DNA of 32,000 nt, from positions 90,001 to 122,000 of the forward strand of contig JBGQBI010000006.1 in NCBI GenBank assembly GCA_041494705.1, given 5' to 3'. The position numbers were made by a program, and so were the translations under genes. The notes below the pieces were generated by a model, which saw only the letters and a program-made list of their open reading frames with translations, did no database searches and was not told the origin of the DNA. This document shows, one piece after another, positions 8,944 to 17,154 of the stretch (positions within the stretch are counted from its first letter, which is position 1; every line of letters begins with the position of its first letter). The DNA is from Candidatus Methanoperedens sp. (lineage in GTDB: Archaea; Halobacteriota; Methanosarcinia; Methanosarcinales; Methanoperedenaceae).

Positions 8944-9373
8944 TTTGGTATCTCCCTGTGGGAGGTTTGATGACATACATTTGTCTGCTATTTGTGTGAC
9001 AATCGTATGCCATGCGTCTGACATACTGTCTGACGCTAAGGTATATAAATCTATCGTTACGGGTTTATTTAAAACGAAAATTTGCGCTCTGCTGCTTGAT
9101 TTTGTGTTTTGCCTGATAAAATTACCCTTGTTCCCACTCCAACATACGTGTTATGAAATTGACGAGGAAGGAGAAGGGATGGAACCGCGTCGTGATGGAA
9201 TACTGTGCAACCGGCGAGGAGCAAAATGCGATGGCAAGCCCATGTATCCTTCAAGTGCGGGGTATAGGTGACTGCGCCATGCGCTTGTTATGACTCATCA
9301 TGGTCTATGGCTCTTTTTCGGTGTATCAGAGCGATAAACGCACTTATTTACTTGGGCTCTGTTGCTGGTTGCA

Positions 9374-9733
9374 TTAAGCGTATGAGTGCTCCAGTTGGGT
9401 CAGTAAGGAGGCACACTCGGCCGACCCCTGGGATATCTCCGGGCCTGCGATTAGTGTGCCGCCAAGTTCTTCTGCACGTGCTGTGCAAGCGTCGATATCT
9501 TCAACTGCAACATATGCATACCAACGTGCGCCGAGCTTTCGGGTGTAGTCTATGGTCGGATTCATCATACCAGCGACATCCTTATCATTGTGTCGAAAGA
9601 TCGTGTAAGTGCCGAGTGGTCCAGCATCCACCTCTTTCCGTTCCCAGCCGAAGATCTGGCTGTAGAAGTCCCCGCTTGTTTTTTGATCCGAGGTTATGAG
9701 TTCATTCCAAATGAAAGTTTTGTGTTCCTTCAT
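9374..9733 (-). CDS. VOC family protein (glyoxalase/bleomycin-resistance fold)
   Basis: 119 aa with the pattern 'FIWNEL.T.D......FY..IFGW', 'VAGMM' and 'W..YV.V.DID', typical of small VOC/PhnB-like proteins. Confidence 0.7.
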   Translation of the reverse strand: MKEHKTFIWNELITSDQKTSGDFYSQIFGWERKEVDAGPLGTYTIFRHNDKDVAGMMNPTIDYTRKLGARWYAYVAVEDIDACTARAEELGGTLIAGPEISQGSAECASLLTQLEHSYA

Positions 9734-10015
9734 ATAGCTTCCTCCTTATATTTCGTTGCTTATTTCGTGTTCAATGTCGAATTTTCAAGGCGAACAATAA
9801 TAAATTGTTTTATCTACGTCTCTATTAATTCTTTCGGTTTAACTTTTTAATGAACCAAAGCCTCAAGAACTACAAACAACTTTCTATTCAAATTTTCGGC
9901 GCGCCGCCAGTGGTGCAAGACAAACCCGCTGATAGGGACAGCGCGTCAGGGCGATGGGATGAATCGATAACCAGAAATTCTTCAACGCATCGAGCAATAA
10001 TAAAAAGCCTGTGCA

Positions 10016-10303
10016 TTATATTCTCTTAACGAGATTGTCCAGCAGTTTTTTCAGGTCTTTTATATTCTGTTCATAAGATAGTGCAGAAAGGTAATCTTCA
10101 TATGCCGGATGCTCATCTATTTTGCCCTGCTCAATCATTTTTTCAATCGCTTCAGGATTTTTTGCATTATACTTTTCCAGTATCGTTTTCAAAAAATCTT
10201 TTTCCTCTGAGATTTTAGATAAAATAAGAAATGTTTCAGTTTCCACACCTCTTATATATGGGCTAATTATTGGCGATTGAGCGGCTTCAGACGCGCTATG
10301 CAT
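10016..10303 (-). CDS. Hypothetical small helical protein
   Basis: 95-aa ORF, K/E-rich, with no family confidently recognised. It is flanked by noncoding spacers of about 280 bp on both sides. Confidence 0.4.
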   Translation of the reverse strand: MHSASEAAQSPIISPYIRGVETETFLILSKISEEKDFLKTILEKYNAKNPEAIEKMIEQGKIDEHPAYEDYLSALSYEQNIKDLKKLLDNLVKRI

Positions 10304-10599
10304 GAATTTACCTTTATTAGCAGTTAGTAAGTTTGAGTATATAAAAGATGCCTGAGCATTTAGCTATGTTGATACATATAGCAACATCATCGATGGATTG
10401 AATGCATCTGGATATGGCTCCACCCCACCAATTTCAATTGCGTTACCTTTATGTAATATGAACTGAATAAAGGGGAAGTCTGAATCATCTTTTTATGGTT
10501 CAACAAAAACCGTAGCAAGCATCCGCTTGCGGCGTATGGTTTAAAACCGAACGCATTCTTGCGTGAGTCGGACCGTAATTGGTCTTACGGAGGGAACAA

Positions 10600-10962
10600 A
10601 TGAAAAATAATTATAAAACAAACCCACGAATATTAGACCTTATATCAGGTCTAAAAAAACAGTCAAGGGAAAAGGAAGCGCCTCTCTGGCGGGATATTGC
10701 AAGGAGGCTTGAGTGCCCTACAAGGAATTATCCAGAAGTCAATCTCAGCAGGATAAACCGGCACACGAAAGAAAAAGATTTGATACTTGTCCCGGGAAAA
10801 GTGCTTGGCGCGGGTGAATTGAACCACCAGTTGACAGTGGCGGCAATGAGCTTCAGCGGAAGCGCAAAGAACAAAATAACAGCCGCAGGTGGTTCATGTC
10901 TCACCATCGAAGAGCTCATGAGCAAGAACCCGGAAGGCTCCAGGGTAAGAATAATAGGGTGA
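10600..10962 (+). CDS. rpl18e: 50S ribosomal protein L18e
   Basis: 'NPRILDLISGLKK', 'LWRDIARRL' and 'VPGKVLGAGEL'. The start is placed at ATG 10600 with SD 'ggaggg' 5 nt upstream. The ORF track uses an upstream alternative start at 10579. Confidence 0.9.
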   Translation: MKNNYKTNPRILDLISGLKKQSREKEAPLWRDIARRLECPTRNYPEVNLSRINRHTKEKDLILVPGKVLGAGELNHQLTVAAMSFSGSAKNKITAAGGSCLTIEELMSKNPEGSRVRIIG

Positions 10963-10966
10963 TAAC

Positions 10967-11386
10967 ATGACAGTAATAGACGCAAGCAATCTTATTCTGG
11001 GAAGAATGGCAAGTACAGTCGCGCAGCGATTGTTAAATGGTGAACAAATTAATATAATCAATGCAGAAAAAACAATCATTTCCGGCAGAAAAGATACTAC
11101 ATTAGACCGTTACAAACGGTACGTTGCCAGAGGTTCACGGGAGTTCGGCCCCCGTTTCCCGAGGCGTCCTGACCAGATAGTATCAAGGACTATCCGCGGC
11201 ATGATACCTCATACAAAGATGACAGGAAGGGAAGCATATAACAGGTTGAGAGTTTATATCGGCGTTCCGCCTGAATTGAGTAAAGAACAGGCAGGTACAC
11301 TCGAAGAAGCAAGTATCATGCGCCTCAGCACTGCTAATTATATGGTGCTTGGCGAATTGAGCAAGAGATTAGGGTCAAAATATTAG
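10967..11386 (+). CDS. rpl13: 50S ribosomal protein L13
   Basis: 'VIDASNLILGRMASTVAQRLLNGEQINIINAEK' matches the L13 N-terminal signature. It starts 4 nt after L18e. Confidence 0.95.
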   Translation: MTVIDASNLILGRMASTVAQRLLNGEQINIINAEKTIISGRKDTTLDRYKRYVARGSREFGPRFPRRPDQIVSRTIRGMIPHTKMTGREAYNRLRVYIGVPPELSKEQAGTLEEASIMRLSTANYMVLGELSKRLGSKY

Positions 11387-11395
11387 GAGTTTTGC

Positions 11396-11794
11396 ATGAA
11401 AATCGTTAACTCATCAGGAAAAAGAAAAACCGCAATCGCCCGTGCAACAATACGGGAAGGAAAAGGACGCATACGGGTGAATAAGAAACCTATTGAAATC
11501 GTAGAACCTGAATTGATCAGGCTTAAAATGTCAGAACCGCTAGACTTTGCAGGCAATGTTATTCCGACCGTGGATATCGACGTGGATGTACACGGAGGCG
11601 GCATCTTCGGCCAGGCAGGAGCTGTGCGAACGGCTATTGCCAGAGGTCTTGTGGAATGGACAAACGATATGGCCCTGCGTGACGCAATGGCACAGTATGA
11701 CAGAAGTCTGCTCGTAAATGACACGCGCTACATGCTGCCCAAGAGATTCGGCGGTCGCGGCGCAAGAAAGAGAAGACAGAAATCATACAGGTGA
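11396..11794 (+). CDS. rps9: 30S ribosomal protein S9
   Basis: '[13 protein letters not shown]', '[20 protein letters not shown]' and the C-terminal 'RRQKSYR'. Confidence 0.95.
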   Translation: MKIVNSSGKRKTAIARATIREGKGRIRVNKKPIEIVEPELIRLKMSEPLDFAGNVIPTVDIDVDVHGGGIFGQAGAVRTAIARGLVEWTNDMALRDAMAQYDRSLLVNDTRYMLPKRFGGRGARKRRQKSYR

Positions 11795-11797
11795 AAC

Positions 11798-11983
11798 ATG
11801 ATACCGGTACGATGCTTTTCATGCGGTAAAGTCATCTCCAGCGTATGGGATGAATTCAAAAAACGAAGCGAAACTGAAGACGCAGGTAAAGTACTCGACG
11901 ATCTCGGAATCGAACGATACTGCTGCAGGCGAATGCTGCTGACTCATGTAGAGCTGGTGGACCTGCTTGCACCGTACCAGTGA
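11798..11983 (+). CDS. rpoN: DNA-directed RNA polymerase subunit N (Rpb10 homologue)
   Basis: '[13 protein letters not shown]' and '[11 protein letters not shown]' form the zinc-binding signature of RpoN. Confidence 0.95.
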   Translation: MIPVRCFSCGKVISSVWDEFKKRSETEDAGKVLDDLGIERYCCRRMLLTHVELVDLLAPYQ

Positions 11984-11986
11984 GGA

Positions 11987-12061
11987 GGGGTTGTAGGGTA
12001 GCCTGGTCCATCCTATGGCGTTCGGGACGCCGTGACTTGAGTTCAAATCTCAACAACCCCA
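11987..12061 (+). tRNA. tRNA-Pro (anticodon CGG)
   Basis: Hand-folded. Acceptor ggggttg/caacccc. The anticodon stem tggcg/cgccg encloses the loop 'ttcggga'. The T arm ttgag/ctcaa has the loop 'ttcaaat'. It starts 3 nt after the rpoN stop. Confidence 0.9.
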
Positions 12062-12204
12062 TTTTCTCAGGATACGGCAAAATGAATAGAACATGAACCA
12101 CTCTCAGAGGGACTCTGGGAAAAAAATACTTCGTATTTAAATACGAGGAATATATAAAAAGTGCATTTATTAAACTTTCGGGTATTTGTTTTGAGGTGAC
12201 GCAG

Positions 12205-12402
12205 GTGAGTGAAACTAAATTAACACGATATGAGCGTGCAAGGATTATCGGTGCAAGGGCGCTCCAGATTTCCTTGGGTGCTCCGGTATTGATAGATATA
12301 GGAAGGGGCGAACCCATCGATATTGCAATGATGGAATTGGAACAAGGCGTAATCCCCATTACAGTGAAAAGAACAGTAAAAACAATGAGAAAAGCAGCTT
12401 AA
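12205..12402 (+). CDS. rpoK: DNA-directed RNA polymerase subunit K (Rpb6 homologue)
   Basis: '[25 protein letters not shown]'. The start is placed at GTG 12205, 4-5 nt after SD 'gaggtga'. The ORF-track start GTG 12196 lies inside that SD. Confidence 0.9.
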   Translation: MSETKLTRYERARIIGARALQISLGAPVLIDIGRGEPIDIAMMELEQGVIPITVKRTVKTMRKAA

Positions 12403-12414
12403 GGTGTGATTGAA

Positions 12415-13041
12415 ATGGAAAATGTCATTGATATCAAACAGGATGTAAAACAGGATACAGGTTATGAATCTATTATTCCCCAGGATGAGTATCTCACCGC
12501 GGGAATTCATATAGGAACACAGCAAAAGACAAAAGAAATGATGCGGTTTGTATATCGCGTGAGGACGGACGGCTTATATGTCCTTGATATACAGGCGACT
12601 GACCAGCGGATACGGCTTGCAGCGAAATTGCTTGCAAAATACGATCCGCAAAAAATACTGGTAGTTTCGGCAAGGCAATATGGCCATTATCCTTCCGAGA
12701 TGTTCGCAAAAGTGATAGGAGCAAGAGCGGTAACAGGCAGGTTCATTCCCGGGACTATGACAAACCCGAAGTTGCATTTATTCATAGAACCCGATATCCT
12801 TGTGGTGACAGACCCTTCAGGAGATATGCAGGCAGTGAATGAGGCAGTTAATATCGGTATACCTGTCATTGGTCTTTGCGATACCAACAATTCGACGTCC
12901 AATGTTGACTTTGTAATTCCCACCAATAACAAGGGAAGAAAAGCCCTCGCATTGATATACTGGCTCATGGCAAAAAAGACGCTTGAGGAAAGAGGAGATA
13001 CAATAACCCATACGGTAGCTGATTTCGAAGCTGAATTATAA
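12415..13041 (+). CDS. rps2: 30S ribosomal protein S2
   Basis: '[33 protein letters not shown]'. The start is placed at ATG 12415, 8 nt after 'aggtg'. The ORF-track start is GTG 12406. Confidence 0.95.
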   Translation: MENVIDIKQDVKQDTGYESIIPQDEYLTAGIHIGTQQKTKEMMRFVYRVRTDGLYVLDIQATDQRIRLAAKLLAKYDPQKILVVSARQYGHYPSEMFAKVIGARAVTGRFIPGTMTNPKLHLFIEPDILVVTDPSGDMQAVNEAVNIGIPVIGLCDTNNSTSNVDFVIPTNNKGRKALALIYWLMAKKTLEERGDTITHTVADFEAEL

Positions 13042-13047
13042 ACAAAT

Positions 13048-13842
13048 ATGAGAGCACCCGCAGTCTCGGGGCAGTTCTACCCGCGCAGTAAAAACGATCT
13101 GGACAGGGAAATCAGCAGGTGCTTTGAAGGCGTCCCGCCAGGCGAAAGACAGGTTTTGGGGGCTGTGGTGCCCCATGCCGGTTATATCTATTCCGGAAAT
13201 ACCGCAGCATACGTATATTCAGCATTGCCAAGAGCCGATACGTTCGTGCTGCTAGGGCCCAATCATACCGGATACGGCTCACCTGTATCGGTTTCCGGTG
13301 AATCCTGGAGCACGCCGCTCGGCGAGGTTAGCTCTGATACTGAGTTTATCAAAGCGCTTCCGAAAAGGATAATCGACCTTGATGAGGCAGCCCACAAATA
13401 CGAACATTCCATAGAAGTGCAGCTTCCTTTTTTGCAGCACAGGTTCGGGGATTTCAATATTGTCCCAATCTGCATGGGAATGCAGGATGAGGAGACGGCG
13501 CTGGACGTGGGGATGGAACTGGTTGAGGCGGTTCGGAAGGTCAAGAAGAAAATCGTGATAATAGCATCAAGCGATTTTACCCATTACAAACCTGATAAGG
13601 TGGCGCGGGAGAATGATGCGTATTATATAAGCTCAATCCTGGAATTCGATATCACTGGATTTTACCGCAAATTATACGAGCGCAACGCCAGCGTCTGTGG
13701 GTATGGCCCGATCGCAGCGATGCTTACGGCAACGAAAAAGCTTGGCGCGAAAAAAGCTACGCTTCTCAAATACAGCACGAGCGGAGACACAACAGGGGAT
13801 TTAGCTGCAGTTGTGGGGTACGCTGGGATTGTTGTGGAGTAA
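13048..13842 (+). CDS. MEMO1-family protein (AmmeMemoRadiSam system protein B type)
   Basis: 'RAPAVSGQFYP', 'VPHAGYIYSG', 'EHSIEVQLPFLQ' and 'SSDFTHY' match the Memo/UPF0103 pattern. Confidence 0.85.
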   Translation: MRAPAVSGQFYPRSKNDLDREISRCFEGVPPGERQVLGAVVPHAGYIYSGNTAAYVYSALPRADTFVLLGPNHTGYGSPVSVSGESWSTPLGEVSSDTEFIKALPKRIIDLDEAAHKYEHSIEVQLPFLQHRFGDFNIVPICMGMQDEETALDVGMELVEAVRKVKKKIVIIASSDFTHYKPDKVARENDAYYISSILEFDITGFYRKLYERNASVCGYGPIAAMLTATKKLGAKKATLLKYSTSGDTTGDLAAVVGYAGIVVE

Positions 13843-13846
13843 AAGT

Positions 13847-14074
13847 TCACTTAATTTTTAGCATATCACTCGCTATTTTCGCATTCATAAGATAATCATC
13901 AACCGAAGCAAGTATCGTGCCGACCTTATCCCCTTCGAACATTACTGTAACCGAATCCCCATCGACTATCGTTTTCATCTCTGAAACATTATCAGGCGCC
14001 AGTGATTGGGCAATGACACTTACAAGCTCATCTGCTCTTTCACTTTTGAATATCAATTTCCCTTCAATCTTCAT
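13847..14074 (-). CDS. pcc1: KEOPS complex subunit Pcc1-like
   Basis: 75 aa. The pattern is 'ADELVSVIAQSLAPDN', then an alternating beta segment, then 'ILASVDDYLMNAKIA', which resembles archaeal Pcc1. Its ATG overlaps the upstream DHH gene stop by 4 nt. Confidence 0.6.
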   Translation of the reverse strand: MKIEGKLIFKSERADELVSVIAQSLAPDNVSEMKTIVDGDSVTVMFEGDKVGTILASVDDYLMNAKIASDMLKIK

Positions 14075-15390
14075 GCTTTTGTCTTCAACTGCTTTTCGAT
14101 AATAGAATCAACTACGTCGATAAACTTCATCGCAGTCCCCTTTGGAATTGTGGCGCCAGAAGCTATGTCATGACCTCCACCCATTCCTCCCAACGATACG
14201 GATGCCTCGCGCATCGCTGCCGCAAGGTCAAGACCCGCAGCCACCAGTTTCCTTGTTCCCCGGGCTGAAATCTTAATCTTTCCCTCAACCTCATTAAGTG
14301 TAATAAAAGGCTTATCCGGATAAAGATAACGGGTCATGGTGCCAGCGATTATTCCTGTCCCGCTTGAATCGTCAAGGAGCACGTACCTGAAATTCCGCGC
14401 CGATTTGATTTGCGCCTGCGCCTTCTTTATCGTACTGATTAGACTCTTCTGGTGCTCACGGGTAATCGTCCTGGCTTCATCCACTGCTGATGCATCCCGC
14501 ATGCAAAGCGCCAGAGCCAGACCCGCTTTCTCATCTTTCCCGCAGGCGTTCATGATATTGACAAAATCATATACATTGGGCACAACTTCATTGTTCAGGG
14601 TGTAACAATCGCCGATTAATGAATCGATAGCAGGGACATTGCCCTGCTTTGCAAGTTTAAGTACAATAGCCGAGGAAAGTTTTATCGACGGTTCTTCATG
14701 AAGTTCAGCCAAACGGCCTTTTACTCCGAGTTTATCTAGAAATTCCCTGATTTTTTCCCTGTCGCCGGTAATATCCAGATATGGCTCAAAGCCGTATTCC
14801 AGTAATTCCTCAACCGGGTCATCACCCATCCTGAGCCCTTTTCTAATAGTTACTGCCTTTTTCTCGATAGCTTCATCAAGGATGAATTTATTCCCGCCTT
14901 TCATTGGCTGCTTATCCCCGATTGCCCCGGCAAGCGCCAGCCCCGCGAGGTCGGTGTTCTCACCCATCTTCCGCGCCACCATGTATGCTCCGCAGGCAGC
15001 GCAAAGTTCGGATGAACCATCAATACCTGCAAGGTGCGGGTTAAAATGAACATGGTCCAGTTTCCCGGTGGGTTTGTGGTGGTCGATAATAATAGCCTTT
15101 TTTATCTTAGAAGTAAGTTCAACCTGCCCGCTTCCCATATCGCACAGGATAACAGCCCCGCTGGATGTTTTTTCTATTAATTCGATTGTTGACTGGTCAA
15201 ACTGGCTCACAATAGTGGCCTGGAAGATTATCCCGCTCCGGTACAATGCATTGCACATGATGCCGGCAGCGGATAATCCGTCTGCATCGTTATGGGAAAC
15301 TAGCCTGATTGTCTTATTTTCAAGTATAGCGTCTGCTGCCTGCTTACTTAACTCCTCAAGCTCAACAAAGCTTTCCTTACCATCATTCAT
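14071..15390 (-). CDS. DHH/DHHA1 phosphoesterase, archaeal RecJ/Cdc45-like nuclease
   Basis: DHH motifs 'VSHNDADGLSA', 'IIIDHHKP' and the DHHA1 motif 'GGMGGGHDIASGA'. It starts 6 nt after the rps15 stop. Confidence 0.85.
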   Translation of the reverse strand: MNDGKESFVELEELSKQAADAILENKTIRLVSHNDADGLSAAGIMCNALYRSGIIFQATIVSQFDQSTIELIEKTSSGAVILCDMGSGQVELTSKIKKAIIIDHHKPTGKLDHVHFNPHLAGIDGSSELCAACGAYMVARKMGENTDLAGLALAGAIGDKQPMKGGNKFILDEAIEKKAVTIRKGLRMGDDPVEELLEYGFEPYLDITGDREKIREFLDKLGVKGRLAELHEEPSIKLSSAIVLKLAKQGNVPAIDSLIGDCYTLNNEVVPNVYDFVNIMNACGKDEKAGLALALCMRDASAVDEARTITREHQKSLISTIKKAQAQIKSARNFRYVLLDDSSGTGIIAGTMTRYLYPDKPFITLNEVEGKIKISARGTRKLVAAGLDLAAAMREASVSLGGMGGGHDIASGATIPKGTAMKFIDVVDSIIEKQLKTKA

Positions 15391-15396
15391 CGAGAT

Positions 15397-15855
15397 TTAT
15401 CTTGAAATCAGCATCTCAGATTTCTGGATAGAATATTTCCAGTCGGCTGGAAGTACGCCTTCACGGTGATAATATTTTTCAAGCCGCCTGATCTTCGATA
15501 CCATATTATTCATAGCACGCTTGTTATGGACATCCTTGGGGTTTTTGTCTATGTGTTTTTTAAGCTCAAGGACATTTACTATCAGGTTATGAATATCCTC
15601 AGGTACCTTAGGAGCTAAATTCTTTTCTTTCATGACAGCCACAATCTTTTTCCCGGTTACAAGACTGGCATCAGGGACTCCATAACGGTTTCTCAAAGTC
15701 ATACCTATCTCACTTGAGCTTTTTCCCTGCGATGCGAGCTGCGCAACTATAGTTTCAATCTCTTCTTTATTTGAATTTGACCACTTTGGCGGTTCGGTTC
15801 TGACTGGTCTTTTGGAACCTGCCTTTCCTTTCCTGCGTGTATGCATTTTTGCCAT
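15397..15855 (-). CDS. rps15: 30S ribosomal protein S15 (S13e family)
   Basis: 'MAKMHTRRKGKAGSKRP', 'KDVHNKRAM' and 'IRRLEKYY'. Confidence 0.95.
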   Translation of the reverse strand: MAKMHTRRKGKAGSKRPVRTEPPKWSNSNKEEIETIVAQLASQGKSSSEIGMTLRNRYGVPDASLVTGKKIVAVMKEKNLAPKVPEDIHNLIVNVLELKKHIDKNPKDVHNKRAMNNMVSKIRRLEKYYHREGVLPADWKYSIQKSEMLISR

Positions 15856-15967
15856 TTAATTTTCTCCGATTATCATTATTTTATTGTTTATAATAGCGAA
15901 GGCAAACCATAATGGAGATGGTATATTAAATAACTTGTGATGCTAAATAGAATTTACAGATAAGCTC

Positions 15968-16930
15968 TCATATCACCTTAAAATCAATACAAACATTATG
16001 CTGGTAAGGTGCATAAGGCCTTACGATCCTGCGGTCAAGAGGTATTACCCGGAAATTAGCCTGTTGTGCGATATTCTCAATTTGTTTCAATGTTCCCCCA
16101 AATAAATCATCCTCATGAGTAATGGCATATAAATGAATAATTCCGCCCTTTTTTATTATCCTTAATGCCGTATCAAGAAACTCTATACTGCTATGCGGCA
16201 GGTTCATAATAATGCGGTCTGCATCCATAATCCCTCTAACTTCCTCTCGTGCGTCACCCTCTCTTATCTCAACATTCTTTACCTTATTAAGACGCACGTT
16301 TTCCCTGAGGTATTTAATTGCGGCTGGATTTTTATCTATGGCAATCACCTGCGATGAAGGGAATTTTTTTGCAATCAGGATGGAAAAAGGCCCCACACCG
16401 GCAAACATATCCACGACTTTATCGCGGTCTTTAACATGGTCTGCAATCCTCATCCGTTCAGTCGAAAGCCGCGGAGTGAAATATACCTTCGCAACATCGA
16501 CAAGGTATCTGCAGCCGTTTTCCCTGTATAGGGTTTCTGTTCTTTTTTCACCTGCAAGGAAGGAAAACTTTCGCGTCCTGTATTCACCAACAATTGGGCT
16601 CTCAGCCTGGAGTACAGTTCTTATTTTATTGGATTTTATAAGGATATCCGCCATTCCCTGCGCATCGCTTTCGTGCTGGTCGATAATGGCAATGTCTCCA
16701 AGTATCTCATAAGCTCCGACTATCCCGGCTAAGGGCTCTTCTTTTTGTAATATTTCAAAATCATCATTTGAAAGTTCCCCGAATCCTCCAACATGCCTGA
16801 GGATGGGGATTAGAAGGTCTTTGCCATCCTGTTTTATTTTAAGGTTCTTATCGATTGCTCCACGTTCGATAAGTTTTTGCCTTGTAATTTCACCTGATTT
16901 CTTTGGGACTCTTACGCACAGGGATTCCAT
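15968..16930 (-). CDS. trm5: tRNA (guanine37-N1)-methyltransferase Trm5 / Met-10+ family
   Basis: SAM motif 'VVDMFAGVGPFSI', catalytic 'IIMNLPHSS', and an N-terminal D1-type domain 'VRVPKKSGE..R..L'. Trm5 versus Taw22-type specificity cannot be resolved. Confidence 0.75.
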   Translation of the reverse strand: MESLCVRVPKKSGEITRQKLIERGAIDKNLKIKQDGKDLLIPILRHVGGFGELSNDDFEILQKEEPLAGIVGAYEILGDIAIIDQHESDAQGMADILIKSNKIRTVLQAESPIVGEYRTRKFSFLAGEKRTETLYRENGCRYLVDVAKVYFTPRLSTERMRIADHVKDRDKVVDMFAGVGPFSILIAKKFPSSQVIAIDKNPAAIKYLRENVRLNKVKNVEIREGDAREEVRGIMDADRIIMNLPHSSIEFLDTALRIIKKGGIIHLYAITHEDDLFGGTLKQIENIAQQANFRVIPLDRRIVRPYAPYQHNVCIDFKVI

Positions 16931-16946
16931 GTCTTTCCATTATGAA

Positions 16947-17078
16947 TTAAATATACCCACCCGTAAAAATCGTTTGAAGCAATAAAATAGTCATCATTAC
17001 TCCCGCCAGTATTGTAATATACCCTATTAAGCTGCCGATTGCGACGCCAAAGTCAATTATTTTCTTGTCAAGGTTCAT
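16947..17078 (-). CDS. Candidate 43-aa single-TM small protein (not in ORF track)
   Basis: Translation: 'MNLDKKIIDFGVAIGSLIGYITILAGVMMTILLLQTIFTGGYI*'. The ATG lies about 26 nt downstream of the TATA-like 'cctataaac' (plus strand 17102-17110), consistent with a leaderless start. The ORF ends 16 nt before trm5. Confidence 0.3.
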   Translation of the reverse strand: MNLDKKIIDFGVAIGSLIGYITILAGVMMTILLLQTIFTGGYI

Positions 17079-17154
17079 CAATCAATTTAGGCTTACATGA
17101 AGTTTATAGGTTTCTATGGCAAGACTTACAAGTATTACGGTCATATAACGGATT

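Noticed and set aside
9268-9699. 143-aa plus-strand ORF, plus 8891..9271(+) and 9069..9254(-)
   Set aside because: 9268..9699 is antisense to the VOC-family gene and is Cys/Arg-rich. The other two lie in the cdrS upstream spacer and have no motifs or translation signals.
9897-9965. GC-rich patch in an AT-rich spacer (possible structured ncRNA)
   Set aside because: By hand I could find only short, unconvincing stems, such as cagtgg/ccgctg with a G-U pair. There is not enough evidence to call an RNA gene, so it is mentioned under the synteny-break finding instead.
11383-12525. Minus-strand ORFs 11383..11724, 11634..11822, 11819..12046, 11856..12359 and 12220..12525
   Set aside because: They are antisense to S9, RpoN, tRNA-Pro and RpoK. 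One spans a tRNA gene, and none has recognisable motifs.
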